A stretch of 64,000 bases of DNA from Zootoca vivipara (taxonomy: Eukaryota), in NCBI RefSeq assembly GCF_963506605.1, contig NC_083288.1:45880001-45944000 (forward strand), given 5' to 3'. Each line of letters starts with the position of its first letter. The first letter of the stretch is position 1. The position numbers and the translations under genes were made by a program. A model generated the notes under the pieces. That model searched no databases. It was not told the DNA's origin and saw nothing but the letters and a program-made list of their open reading frames with translations. Positions 12,437 through 25,500 of this stretch are shown piece by piece.

Positions 12437-15400
12437 CTGGAAAATAGAGAAAGATGTAAATTCATTGTCAATTAATGTGACACAGGGGAAAACAAACAAA
12501 CAAACAAAAACAACAACAACTCTGTGATTGCAAAAACATCACCCACCAGTCTGGTTTGATATCTTCCCATCTAAGCATGGGACACAATCATAGCAACAAA
12601 ACTTTTCCCCTTCCTTCATTTTCTTCTGATAACCAGGATGGCACTGTTCATTACACACCGAAAGAGGAAGCACCTAGACAAAAACAAGAGTGAAATTAGT
12701 AAGAATATACTTTTGTTTACCTTTAATTTATCTTATTTACTTAAATAGTAAATAAACTGTCTAAATAAATAAATCAGGTATATTCAAAGAAAGTTATTCT
12801 TAAATTTGTGATATCAAAAGTTACAATTGTAAGTTTATGTGTTTTCAGAATAAATGGTTTTATTTGAGACCTTCTCACAAAATTCTAACAGTGGATGTGT
12901 TCTTCTCAGACTCCTAGGGATGAAATTTGCTTCCTGTTGCGTCTTAAAGCAGACTTTATCAAATGGCTATAATCAGTGTTGTTTTCCTAAAAAAATGTTT
13001 AGGGGTACTCTCATTTTCCAACTCATATTGAAATACTGCCCCTCCATGAGGACAAACTTAGATTCATAAAAGGTTTAGGGGTATGCATATCCCTGTGTCC
13101 CCCAGGAAAAAGAATTGGTTATGATATCTCAATTAAATAAAATCTCATAATCATCCTTTTGTTGTTGTTTAGTCATTTAGTCGTGTCCGACTCTTCATGA
13201 CCCCACGGACCATAGCACGCCAGGCACTCCTGTCTTGCACTGCCTCCCACAGTTTGATCAAACTCATGTTCGTAGCTTCGAGAACACTGTCCAACCATCT
13301 CGTCCTCTGTCGTCCCCTTCTCCTAGTGCCTTAATTGGTGTTAATTGTAAGATATTGTAAGATATTCCAAAAATGGAGGCGAGAGTAAGTAAATCAGAAT
13401 GAATGAAATAAACTTTGAAGCTTTCATTCTGCCCAGCATCCAATGACAAACTCTCAGAATGTGGGTATTGCTGGAGGGATATGTCAGAGGCACAAGGAAT
13501 TCAGCTACCAGCAGTTTCCTAGAAATCACCACCTTATCTATCTCCAGCACTGATAATTGTAAAAACATCTGTGAACCACTGCCCGCAGCAGACTCTTTGA
13601 AATCAGACTTGCAGACTTATCCTATTACTTCAGGAAGACATAAATGAAGAATCAGTGTGATGTAAACCTCAGAGTTAATAAACAATGCATAGAAAATTTG
13701 ACAAAGTTTTCAATTTAAGATTAAACAGAATCCATGCCTCATGAAAACCGCTAGGCCACACAATTCTATCTTCATCGATGGTGAATTGTTTTCCTTCATG
13801 CGCACTGGGATCAACCCTCCCAACTTTCACTTTCTGGAATGAGTTATTTGGCAAGATGACCAGATTCATGATGTCGAATCCACCTCTCATTTCCCGTTTA
13901 TCATTTAAGGACACAGTTTCTCCAGCTGAGTTGTTAAATGAAATGCCTCGAAGAAACAAGTGGAGCTAATTGAAAAAGATGAGGGGGGGGGGAATCACGG
14001 ATAACAACACTTTGCAAATAGCAAGCTTCAGTTATAGAAAGAAATACGAACCCAATATTTGCCTTAATGACTTAAGGAGTGTAGCTTCACATTACACTAC
14101 ACTGTATATTAAAATATTTTCTGGTAAGACATTACCTGCCAAGCCTTTAGGTTCTGAAGTTCAATATTGTTAGCAACCAACATTGTCCTATGCTTGGATG
14201 TAGATGAGTACATGGCATGCAAAGCATGAGCCAAAGCATAGACAGCAATATAAATGCTGTAGCTGTGGCCACTCATGTGCATTTCAAAAAGTCCAGCAGG
14301 GAGACTTTCCAGCCTCTCCTCTCCAGTACAAGTGTCATCATCCATTAGAGGCACCCCTGCTGGATCTGGCAAGAAACAGTCAAAGGCTTGCTCCCAGAAA
14401 TCTTTTAGAAACCCATTTCCTTGAGTCCAATTTGGCTTAATGATTTGAAGAAATTCTCTGAAACCTGGTACCTCTTTTGTGTGAATTGTGAAGGAAATGG
14501 CACCCTGGAACATCTGAAAACCCCATCCTCTTGCAGCACCCGTTAAGATAAAATCCATCTGCATTGTCATAATCCACACCTTTCCAAATAATGGGTTTTC
14601 CTCATTTCCTGAATCTTGTGAACATATAAAAGTTCTCAGCCACAAAATTGTTAACGGTTCTCCATATGTGATAATTGTACCAGCTTTATGTTTTTGGAAG
14701 GATAAATCAATTGGACTTGCATCATTAAAATTATTGATGAATTCCTCCATACGAGCATCTTGTGGGATTCTTTTAGTGAAGGCTGAACAGATTCCATTTC
14801 TGGAAAACAATGGCTCCAGTTTTCTTAGGAATTGCTCTCCACTGTTATCATCCACAACAAAGAGCCCAACCCAGGTCCATCTAAAATGCTGAAGTAACCA
14901 TATAATCCCCATATACTGAAGGTTTTCATTTGGAACCATGCGGTAAAAGGGAGGAGCACCCATTGTTTGGATCTCATCTGGTGCAAATGAACCATATATA
15001 AGCTGTAAGAAAATGCGCAGAGACCACAGAGATTCATTAATACCCATCTATTTATTCCAGAAGTCTGTGGCTGGGAGTGGGTTTATACAATGAATATTTT
15101 TGAAGTATTTCTAAATCTATCAGTTAAAGGGATATTATAATGTTCCCACAATTTTACTTCTTGTCATCAATATTACCCCTTTCTTTGGAACTTCAAAGCT
15201 GTGTAATAAATAAGTTTCCAACATCCACATCCACAGAATGAATGAATGAATCTTTATTTGTGTCAGCCATCGGCCATAGCAATAAAACAACAATACGATA
15301 TACAAAGAATAAAAAATAAAAACTCAAGTGCCAGTGTGGTGTAGTGGTTAAGAGTGGTAGACTTGTAATCTGGGGAACTGGGTTCGCGCCTCTTCTCCTC

Positions 15401-18400
15401 CATATGCAGCTGCTGGGTGACCTTGGGCTAGTCACACTTCTATGAAGTTTCTCAGCCCCACTCACCTCACAGAGTGTTTGTTGTAGGGGAGGAAGGGAAA
15501 GGAGAATGTTAGCCGCTTTGAGACTCCTTAGGGTAGTGTTAAAGTGGGATATCAAATCCAAACTCCTCTTCTTCTTCTTCTTCTTCTTCTTCTTCTTCTT
15601 CTTCTTCTTCTTCTTCTTCTTCTTCTTCTTCTTCTTCTACAAAATACATATTAGGGTTTTTAATCAATAGTCAAATAGTAGATCTTTTTCTAATTGCATC
15701 AGCCAAAAACATTGTAATCTTTGCTGTCACCTGAGCTCATCTTGATCTGCCAAATGAAAGGACACTGTCGCACTGGCTGGGCAACCCAGAATGGAAAATA
15801 AAAGAGGGTGATAATCTCATTCCTCAAGTCTTTATAAAGAGTGCAGGCGAGAAGGACATGTGCCACCAATTTTCTACTGCCATCTCCACAGGAACATAAG
15901 CGTTTTCCGTGTTGAATCTGTTGGAATTGTCCTTCAAGTACAGCCAAGGGCAATACTTTCAATCTTGTGAGCGTAACAGAATGCCTATATTTTTGAATTG
16001 CTATGTTATGCATATCGGGTGCAAGAGAGTCAAAATGGGTAGGTGGAAAATAGTCATACCATGGTAAAATTTCCTTATTGTGGCCAAGTTGTTCTGATGT
16101 TAAATATCATTTAAGCACTGACAAATTAGATTGTTTGCTTTACTAAAACCCAAAGCAAGTAGCTGTTGTGGTGATAAATCACAAGAGTGAAGCTTCTGAT
16201 AGACAATTTTAGTCCAGGCACTCTTGTGACAATCTTGCAGCACTAGGGATATTAGACCGGAGGGTCTTTAAGTTTAGGCAAAGCCCATAGTTATGTGTCC
16301 TATGCCAAATCTGTAATTCTACTGAGGGAAGATTAGCCTCTAGGCGCACTGATGCTTTTGGGACACAGGCTGGTACGGAGAAAATTTGCCTCATGAACTT
16401 TGGAGAGCTACCATAGATCCAAGGTGTGTGCCTGTCCAAACTAATCCCCATATAATAACTGTGTTGGGGTTTAGCTTGGAACACTTCCAGGACTGATGGT
16501 ATATGTTTACCACCTTTTGTGTAGAAAAGGCCTGTCAGAATTTTGACACTTTGGGGTGCTTTTTATTTTGCACATTTCTGGTGTGCTCCCCATGACCCTG
16601 TAGACTGAAAATAAAGCCAATATATTTAAAGACTTTGACCTGTTCAATTGGCTGGTTGTCCATGCGCCATCTATGGGCCCTACAGTTTCTTGAGAAAACC
16701 ATGGCTTTGGTTTTCTTGTAATTCATGGCCAGCTGTTCTCTCTGGCAATATCCTGAAAACACCTCATCATTCTTTTTAGGGCTACATTTGTTTAGGATGG
16801 AAGAACCACATCATTTGCATATAATAGCATTGAGATGGGTTTTGTGGCCAGTTTAGGGGCATGAAAATCTGGAGATGATAGACATTGGACAATATCATTT
16901 ATATATAAGTTGAATAGTGCTGGGGATAGGATACACCCTTCCTTGACTCCCTTTGTGGCTGGTACAGATCCTGTAAGTTGCCCATTTGTGGAGCAGCGCA
17001 CTTTCAGCACAGTATCCTTATATAAGTATTTAATCAAGTACAGTCCTGTTTTTTCTATACTTGAGGAGATATTTTGAGTTATAGGGATATTATAAGGTTC
17101 CCAAGATTTTTCTTCTTCTCATCAATATTTCTCCTTTCTTTGGATCTTCAAAGCTGAGTAACAAATAATTTTCCAACATCCATATGTACAGATATTACCT
17201 GTGGAATTTTGTAGAGGCCAATGATGTCCATCATAAGGGCAGAAGTGTCAGAGCCAAGTCCTCCAATAATGGCAAGAAGGGTTTTCTGTTTGCCACATTT
17301 GTAGTTGGGGAGAAATGTATGTGACTTTGAAATCAGGTCCAGTGTCGTCTGATAGGTCATCCTTGCACTGTCATAGCTGTCAGAGATGTGGAAACCGAGG
17401 GTGACATTGGGCAGGATATGGGCATTCTTGTTGATCTCGTTTACAGCAAATGCCAAAGCCAGGCTGTGCTGGTAGAACTTGGTTATGACACTGCCAAGAG
17501 AGTTTACAGTATTTTAATATCTCAGAAGATGTGTTCATAATGCACAAATTCGTTATGCTACAAACCCAGAAATTTCTAGGTGCAACTGCGTCAGAGTTTG
17601 CAATATCATTTCTTTTTTGTTTCTGATGTGCCACAATTTTTGAATAGTATCTTCTTCAGAAATTTTTACACAGACCAAGCTATGAGGAGTGCAAAGTTTA
17701 GTACTATGTTGTATCATAGATTGCACTTTGATTGTCCATTTATTGTCCATTATACCATGTAAGCACCTGTTGAATCAAATATTTGCATCCCTTTCTCATT
17801 AAGTGATTTTGTGTCCATGTGTTTGCACCTCTAAAACCAGATCATTATTTTTTACATTCTTCCTGTTCATTTCTGATATTCCCATAGTAATAAATCTTCT
17901 TCAGTTAAAATAATTTTTTGCAATCTATGCTGCATCAGATCATATATGTCCTATTGAATGGGCTTGTTGTGACAGGCTTTGAGAGCTCATCAGCAGAGCA
18001 AAGCAATACATTTTTATTTTCTCTGTCAAATGCACCGGCAAATACCCACATCCATGACCTCTACTCTTTAATGAAATGTATGTGGTGACTCGAGAAAGAG
18101 TTTGATCTAGGGTACTGAAAAGGTCACCAAGAAGAAGAAATATAACTTTAGTTTTCCCAAAGAAGCAATTGTACTGGAGCTGAAAAAGACTAAAGTTCCC
18201 ATTAGCTGACCAATATCCCATCCCAAGTGACATTAGTCAGGGCTTTTATATTTCCCCTTTTTGAGATTTATTTTTTTGTGTGTGCTCATTGTGTGAGTGC
18301 ACACAAAACAGTTTGCTGGTTTTCATATGTATATTTTCCATGTGTATTCTGAAACCTTGCAGTATTCATGATCCAAACTTTTCCTTGATTTTTCAATACT

Positions 18401-18769
18401 CTCTGCTTGTCCTTCCTGATGGCTTTCCTGTACCAACACCCTGCTTTCCCAAACAAAGAAGGCTTTCATATCTGGAAGGAGAGTATCCACATATACTCTT
18501 GATAATTATAAGGTTTACAGGTTTGAAAATGCGGATGGAGTGAGGGATCCTTACCGTGGAAAGTCAAACTGGTATTGAGAAGGGTGTTCCTCAAAAGTAA
18601 CCGGGTTGACTATATAAGAGATCTGAGAAGCAATTCCACCAATGAGGAGGCAGCCTAGCTGGTACCATTCATGTGGAACAGAGAGGGGATCACCTGTGTG
18701 ACATTTCATAGTTTCTTCTTGGGTCACAACAGGAAACAGCAGGAGCATCAATGCTGCTATTTCTAACAT
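11535..18769 (-). CDS. Vmn2r: V2R-B, vomeronasal type-2 receptor, ~876 aa (6 exons; GC donor at intron 4)
   Basis: Exons 18555-18769, 17199-17490, 14136-15002, 13738-13965, 12547-12673 and 11535-12436 total 2631 nt with consistent phases and no stops. Confidence 0.88.
12547..12673 (-). CDS. Vmn2r: V2R-B exon 5
   Basis: 127 nt, CCYDCVPC motif. Confidence 0.9.
13158..13332 (-). mobile_element. Short RTE-BovB 3' end in V2R-B intron 4
   Basis: (CAA)n tail plus BovB 3' sequence. Absent in V2R-A. Confidence 0.85.
13738..13965 (-). CDS. Vmn2r: V2R-B exon 4
   Basis: 228 nt, [16 protein letters not shown]...WPSGFHE, followed by the GC donor GCATGG. Confidence 0.85.
14136..15002 (-). CDS. Vmn2r: V2R-B exon 3
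   Basis: 867 nt, open, flanked by AG and GT. Confidence 0.9.
15236..17075 (-). mobile_element. Decayed non-LTR retrotransposon (RTE-X-like) in V2R-B intron 2
   Basis: Frameshifted RT pieces ([49 protein letters not shown]), a C-terminal RLCSCG...[13 protein letters not shown] motif, and an AATAAA + (ATTC)n tail at 15236-15258. The clade assignment is tentative. Confidence 0.7.
15330..15638 (+). mobile_element. tRNA-derived CORE-type SINE with (CTT)n tail, nested in the RTE-X-like element
   Basis: A-box-like tggtgtagtggttaag, B-box-like gggttcgcgcc, CORE-like gggtgaccttgggctagtcac, and (CTT)n at 15568-15637. Confidence 0.75.
17199..17490 (-). CDS. Vmn2r: V2R-B exon 2
   Basis: 292 nt, [22 protein letters not shown]...YKIPQ. 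Confidence 0.9.
18555..18769 (-). CDS. Vmn2r: V2R-B exon 1
   Basis: 215 nt, ATG at 18769, signal peptide. Confidence 0.88.
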
Positions 18770-18887
18770 GTTGGCAGAAAAGAGATTCTGACTCTATAAG
18801 TTCCCTAAATTGTAACTGGCATCCTATGTGAGATTGCCAATCCTAGATGTCCAAGGTTCAGAAAGGGGAACATGTCACAGACGGACC

Positions 18888-19100
18888 TGCCTGCCTCTTG
18901 CACTTAATTATAGCCTAATGCCACCAGGGTTAATTTATAACTACTTTCCAGGCTCCCTTACAGACTGTTTTCTCCTGCCTTCTAGAAAGCTTCAGAAGCT
19001 TCAGAAAGGTGAGCAAATTATAGTTATTTGGATAATTGCAGGGGAAAATAAATGCCTCTTCAAAGCTTTGATACTGAGTGACAATTTGGGTAGGAAAAAT
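18888..19100 (-). promoter_or_regulatory. Putative V2R-B promoter (TATAAAT 18933-18939; TTGGATAATTGCAG 19028-19041)
   Basis: Motif set conserved across the paralogs. Confidence 0.55.
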
Positions 19101-19847
19101 TTGGTTCATCTTTATGGAACAGTCCACAAGTCTTCTCTATTCCCTAAAGCAGATGCATTAATAATTTGGCGCTTTGTTATTGGGCAAGAACTTACATCAA
19201 TTCCTGCCTGCAAGATCAAAGATTCAATGACATGTAAATGTCCACAAATATCCCTTCTCTGCCAGGAAGCAATGAGAAAGAAAAGTTTGGTTCCTGATCT
19301 CTCTGAAAAACAAATTAAATCAGGAGAGTGACACTCTCTGGTAAAACCTGTAACCTGACAGAATAAACCAAGCAATGATAGTCCTGGAATGAAGATGGCT
19401 GTGTCTTAGAATTAGAGTTTCATCTTTCCCACCTGCCAATTACTTGCCATCAGGCTTTTTTGCTAGCATGTCTTACTAGCAAACCAGAGGAGTAAAGGAA
19501 TAGGGCTTTGGAAAGGCCAATGATTGGCTGTTGGGTAGTGCTTGCCATCCACGCTTTCTTTGCTTGTGTGAGTAAGGACTGCAGATAAACGCAGACTTCG
19601 GGTGGGTTATATGCACTTTGGATAGTACTGATATGTTTAGATTTGTGCAGTTATTGTTTCACTTTCCACTCCAATAGCGAGTTGGTTGTCATGATCTAGT
19701 TGGCTCCTCGGCTTAATTAGGCAGCAAGCAGACTCTGTCAACTTTCAATCAGTTTTATTATATACAGTAATTACACTCAGAGCCATTCACACAGCTACCT
19801 TTCAAGAGATTCAAGCATCTGGGCTCCCATTTGGCCGCCAACAGGAT

Positions 19848-21451
19848 TTTGTTGTTGTTTAGTTGTTTAGTCGTGTCCGACTCTTCGTGACCCCACGGAC
19901 CATAGCACCCCAGGCACTCCTGTCTTGCACTGCCTCCCGCAGTTTGGTCAAACTCATGTTCGTAGCTTCGAGAACACTGTCCAACCATCTTGTCCTCTGT
20001 CGTCCCCTTCTCCTAGTGCCCTCAATCTTTCCCAACATCAGGGTCTTTTCCAAGGATTCTTCTCTTCTCATGAGGTGGCCAAAGTATTGGAGCCTCAGCT
20101 TCACGATCTGTCCTTCCAGGGAGCACTCAGGGCTGATTTCCTTAAGAATGGATAGGTTTGATCTTAAAGCAGTCCATGGGACTCTCAAGAGTCTCCTCCA
20201 GCACCATAATTCAAACGCATCAATTCTTCGGCGATCAGCCTTCTTTATGGTCCAGCTCTCACTTCCATACATCACTACTGGAAAAACCATAGCTTTAACT
20301 ATACGAACCTTTGTTGGCAAGGTGATGTCTCTGCTTTTTAAGATGCTGTCTAGGTTTGTCATTGCTTTTCTCCCAAGAAGCAGGCGTCTTTTAATTTCGT
20401 GACTGCTGTCACCATCTGCAGTGATCAAGGAGCCCAAGAAAGTAAAATCTCTCACTGCCTCCATTTCTTCCCCTTCTATTTGCCAGGAGGTGATGGGACC
20501 AGTGGCCATGATCTTGGTTTTTTTGATGTTGAGCTTCAGACCATATTTTGCGCTCTCCTCTTTCACCCTCATTAAAAGTTTCTTTAATTCCTCCTCGCTT
20601 TCTGCCATCAAGGTTGTGTCATCTGCATATCTGAGGTTGTTGATATTTCTTCCGGCAATCTTAATTCCGGCTTGGGATTCATCTAGTCCAGCCTTTCGCA
20701 TGATGAATTCTTCATATAAGTTAAATAAGCAGGGAGACAATATACAACCTTGTCGTACTCCTTTCCCAATTTTGAACCAATCAGTTGTTCCATATCCAGT
20801 TCTAACTGTAGCTTCTTGTCCCACATAGAGATTTCTCAGGAGACAGATGAGGTGATCAGGCACTCCCATTTCTTTAAGAACTTGCCATAGTTTGCTGTGG
20901 TCGACACAGTCAAAGGCTTTTGCATAGTCAATGAAGCAGAAGTAGACATTTTTCTGGAACTCTCTAGCTTTCTCCATAATCCAGCGCATGTTTGCTATTT
21001 GGTCTCTGGTTCCTCTGCCCTTTCGAAATCCAGCTTGCACTTCTGGGAGTTCTTGGTCCACATACTGCCTAAGCCTGCCTTGTAGAATTTTAAGCATAAC
21101 CTTGCTAGCGTGTGAAATGAGCGCAATTGTGCGGTAGTTGGAGCATTCTTTGGCACTGCCCTTCTTTGGAATTGGGATGTAGACTGATCTTCTCCAATCC
21201 TCTGGCCATTGCTGAGTTTTCCAAACTTGCTGGCATATTGGGTGTAGCACCTTAACAGCATCATCTTTTAAAATTTTAAATAGTTCAGCTGGAATATCAT
21301 CACGTCCACTGGCCTTGTTATTAGCAATGCTTTCTAAGGCCCATTTGACTTCACTCTCCAAGATGTCTGGCTCAAGGTCAGCATCCACACTACCTGGGGT
21401 GTACGAGACCTCCATATCTTTCTGGTATAATTCCTCTGTGTATTCTTGCCA
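19848..21451 (-). mobile_element. 5'-truncated RTE-BovB LINE with intact RT frame
   Basis: ORF 19859-21487 (NYRTIALISHASK, FIDYAKAFD, GVRQGCILSP, LRYADD), (CAA)n tail, and 12-bp TSD cgccaacaggat at 19836-19847 and 21452-21463. Confidence 0.95.
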
Positions 21452-21744
21452 CGCCAACAGGATACCCTCCAGGAAATCCCCTTTCAATTCTTTGATTGAC
21501 GTCTTTCCTTGACCCTTGTTAACCTACGAGCGCGGGGATTCTGGTTGGCATCCTACCCCTTCGTCTGACAAATCACACTCCCCCTTTCTGTTGTTGCTAG
21601 AGACCGCTCCAGACCTCTCTCACTTCTCTGAGAATTTATCTCCTCTTCTCCAGCAGATGAGAAGGGCATGTGTTGGGGGAGCTGTCTTCAAATGGCTGGG
21701 AAGGAAGAAGAACTGCTCCTTCCTCCACTTCTAATTCTCTAACC

Positions 21745-21880
21745 CAGACATCCCCAAACTGCGGCCCTCCAGATGTTTTGGACTACAACTCCCATGATCC
21801 CTAGCTAGCTGGACCAGTGATCAGGGATGATGGGAATTGTAGTCCAAAACATCTGGAGAGCCGAAGTTTGGGGATGCCTG
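21745..21880. mobile_element. Palindromic hAT MITE (136 bp)
   Basis: TIRs cagacatccccaaact / agtttggggatgcctg and 8-bp TSD ctctaacc at 21737-21744 and 21881-21888. Confidence 0.88.
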
Positions 21881-22599
21881 CTCTAACCCTCTCTGGGGAG
21901 TCCTTTTTCTGGCATTCTCTGGCTCTCTGCCCCCTTCTCCATCCCCATAGTCTGTCTGGAGAGCCCTTTCTTTTTTCTTTTCTTTTTTTTTTACTTTAAA
22001 AATAGGCTTCATTTCGATTGTACAAACACAAAATATAACATAAAATTTAACAAAAAAATCATATTCAAACATCAACAAAAGATAACAAAAAGGGAAAAGA
22101 AAAGGCGGGAGAAAAAAAGAGGGGATGGGGAGAACTGTATATATGTAGCCTTATAAATACACACATATATATAGTAAAAAGGTAAGCTTATAGACACTAA
22201 TTTGAAATACAATTCCATTTCAAAGAACTTAAAACTTAGCATACCAGATAGTATACCTGATAATGCTAAATGATATAACATAACATAACTATTAACACAA
22301 ATGAAATAACATAATATAGCAAGATCAACACCCATAAAATGTATCAAATAAGATGTCATATAAATTTAGGATTTGGATTACAAATCCTGAGATAAAAGAT
22401 AGACAAGAAAAACGGAGAATGAAAATTATAAATTGAAAATTGAAAATTGAAGATTACCATAAAAAGAAAAAGAAAAACTTCCCACTGTTCATACATCGCT
22501 TTGTTTACATATTTACCAAATTCTTGCTTCTTTTAGATTATCTTTGAATTCCTACTGCTAATTTTAACCTTTTTATTAATTTTTCCCTGTTTCTTAACT

Positions 22600-25500
22600 T
22601 CAATTTAAGCATATCACCAGATGTATATTAAAATTTTCTTTTCTTAAATAATCTTCTACCTGTTTCCATTCCTTAATACATTTCTGTTTGGGGATGTTCC
22701 TAATTGCTGTGGTCATTTTATCTAGGTTCATGAATTCGACCAATTTCTCCTGCCACTCATATATTGTCGGCATTTTTTCACCCTTCCAGTTTTTAGCTAT
22801 CAATAGTCTGGCGGCTGCACTAGCATATGATAGTATATTTCTTTTTCCTTCAGGAATATTTTCTGGGATCATATACAATAAAAATATTTCTGGATTTTTG
22901 GGGAACGTCATTTTCAACATTTTTTTCAATTTTTCATATACTCCGTTCCAAAATTCTTGGATCTTGCCACATTGCCACCAGCAATGGTAATAGTTTCCAA
23001 TTTTCTCTTTACATTTCCAACATTTGTTGGAATCATTTTTGTATATTTTGGCAATTTTGGCCGGCGTAAGATGCCATCTGTAAACCATTTTAAGAATGTT
23101 CTCTTTAATTCCTGAGCACGCTGTAAATTTCATTCCTTCTTTCCAGAGTCTTTCCCATTTATTACTAAATATAGGTCTCCCTAAATCTTGGGCCCAACGT
23201 ATCATCGTGGTTTTTACCAATTCATCCTTTAATTCCCACTCGAGAAGGTAAGCATAAAATTTTGACATTGGCTTCTCGCCATTTTCCAGTAGTATCTCCT
23301 GGAATTTAGATTTATTTTCGGAAAAACCAATTTTCAGATGTTTAGTAAAAAGACTTTGGATCTGGCCATAATGAAGCCAGCTCATGCATTCTTGTTTAAG
23401 CTCATGATATGATTTCAATCTTAATTGTTCTCCCTCTCTTTCTAGGATATCCGAATACGTCGGCCATTTACTCTGCCTGAGTTTTCTGAATAATGCAGTT
23501 GCTTCCATAGGGGAGGCCCACCAAGGCGTTTTCTGCTCCAAGATATTTTTATATTCGTACCAAATTTTTAATAAAGATCCTTTGAACACATGGTTCTTAA
23601 ATTCTTTGTATCCGCCTTTTTTTTCTTCTAACAGATACTTGTGCCATCCCTGAGTGTTATTAAACCCTTCTATGTCTAATATCTCTTTATTCTCCAATTC
23701 TACCCATTCTTTTAGCCACACCAAGCCTGCTGACGCGTGATACAGTTTTAAGTCTGGGACCCCCCATCCTCCCCTCTCCCTTGTGTCAGTCAGCAATCTG
23801 TATTGTATCCTTGGCCTTTTTCTACCCCATATAAATTTGCTCAACCCCTTCCTCCATTTTTCGAATATTTCCTTTTTTTCCACAATTGGGAGCATTTGAA
23901 ATAAAAATGATAATTTAGGTAATATTACCATTTTGATCGCCGCTATCCTTGCAGAAAACGTCATTTGTAGGTTACCCCATCTTTCTAGCTCTCTCTCTAT
24001 TTCCTTCCATTTTTTGCCATAATTATTTTCGAATAGGTTTATATTTTTGGCTGTAATTTCGATTCCCAAATACTTCACTTTATTTACGATTTCCCATCCT
24101 GATTTTTCTCTCAATTCTTTTATCCCTTTTTCTCTTATATTTTTTGTAATAATTTTCGTTTTATTCATATTTATTTTAAAACCCGAAACTTTTCCATAAT
24201 CATTTAAGACTCTTTTCAAATGCCCTATTGTCTCTAGAGGATCCTCCAAAATTATAATGACGTCATCTGCAAAGGCTCGCGTTTTATACATGCTTCTTCC
24301 CACTTTAATTCCTTTGATCTTTTCACTTTCTTTTATTTCCTTCAATAAGCTTTCAATTGTTAGAATAAAAAGGAGGGGGGAGAGTGGACATCCCTGCCGG
24401 GTGCCCCTTGATATTTCAATTTCTTGGGAAAGCTCTCCATTTATTATCAAAATTCCTTTTTGTTTTTCATAAATTGAGTTTATACTTCTAAGAAAATTCC
24501 CTTCTATTCCTATTTCTTTAATTACTTCTTTCATATATTCCCAATTGACATTGTCGAATGCCTTCTCCGCGTCCAGGAATATCAAGGCGGCTTCCCGACC
24601 AGGGTTCCAGTCAAGGTATTCGATCAAATTAATCAGAATTCTGACATTATTATTCATCCTTCTTTTGGGGAGAAATCCTTGTTGTTCTTTTTCTATAATT
24701 CTATTTAGCACCTCCTTTAGTCTTTTTGCCATGATTGCTGCGAATATCTTGTAATCGACGTTTAATAGGGATATGGGCCTATAATTCTCGACTGAGTCTA
24801 TTTTGTCTCCCTTCGGTATGAGGGTTATAAAGGCCTCTTTCCAAGACTGGGGCATTTTCCCTTCTTCCATTATTTTATTAACTACTTTCACGTAAATCTC
24901 TCCTATTTCTTCCTTGAGGATTGTGTAGTGTCTACTCGAGAGCCCGTCCGTACCAGGGGACTTCCCTACTTTTAGATTTCCAATTATTTCATGTACCTCT
25001 TGCAAGGAAACAGGTTTGTTTAACCTTTCTTTCTCATCCTCACTTATCTTTTTTAACTTGTGTTTTCTAATATATTCTCTTATCATTTTCTCATTAATAT
25101 GGTCTCCTTTATACAAATTCCCATAATATTTCATGAAGCATTTATGAATATTTTCTCTCTTAACCCAATTTTTCCCATCCATTTTAATATTTGTGATTAT
25201 TCTTTCATTCTGTTTCTTTTTTAATTGCCAGGCCAATAATTTCCCCACTTTCCCTCCCATTTCAAAATTTCTTTGTTTGGCCCACTTAATTTTTTTCTCC
25301 ATTTCTTGTCCCGTTAATATTGATAACTCTGTTTGCAGGATTTTAATTTCAGATGCCACTTTGGCATCTTTGGGTTTTTTTACTAATTCTTTTTCTTTTT
25401 CCTCAAGTTCTTTTTGGATCTTATTTAAATTCTTTTCCCTTTGTCTTCTTATTTTACTCTTTTGTTGTATATATATCCCTCTAATAAAGGCTTTACTGGC

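Noticed and set aside
15330-15400. tRNA gene
   Set aside because: The A/B-box-like head continues into a CORE-like body and a simple-repeat tail, so it is a SINE.
19863-21512. Plus-strand ORFs over BovB, and similar shadow ORFs over L1, L2 and V2R exons
   Set aside because: Antisense shadows of real coding sequence.
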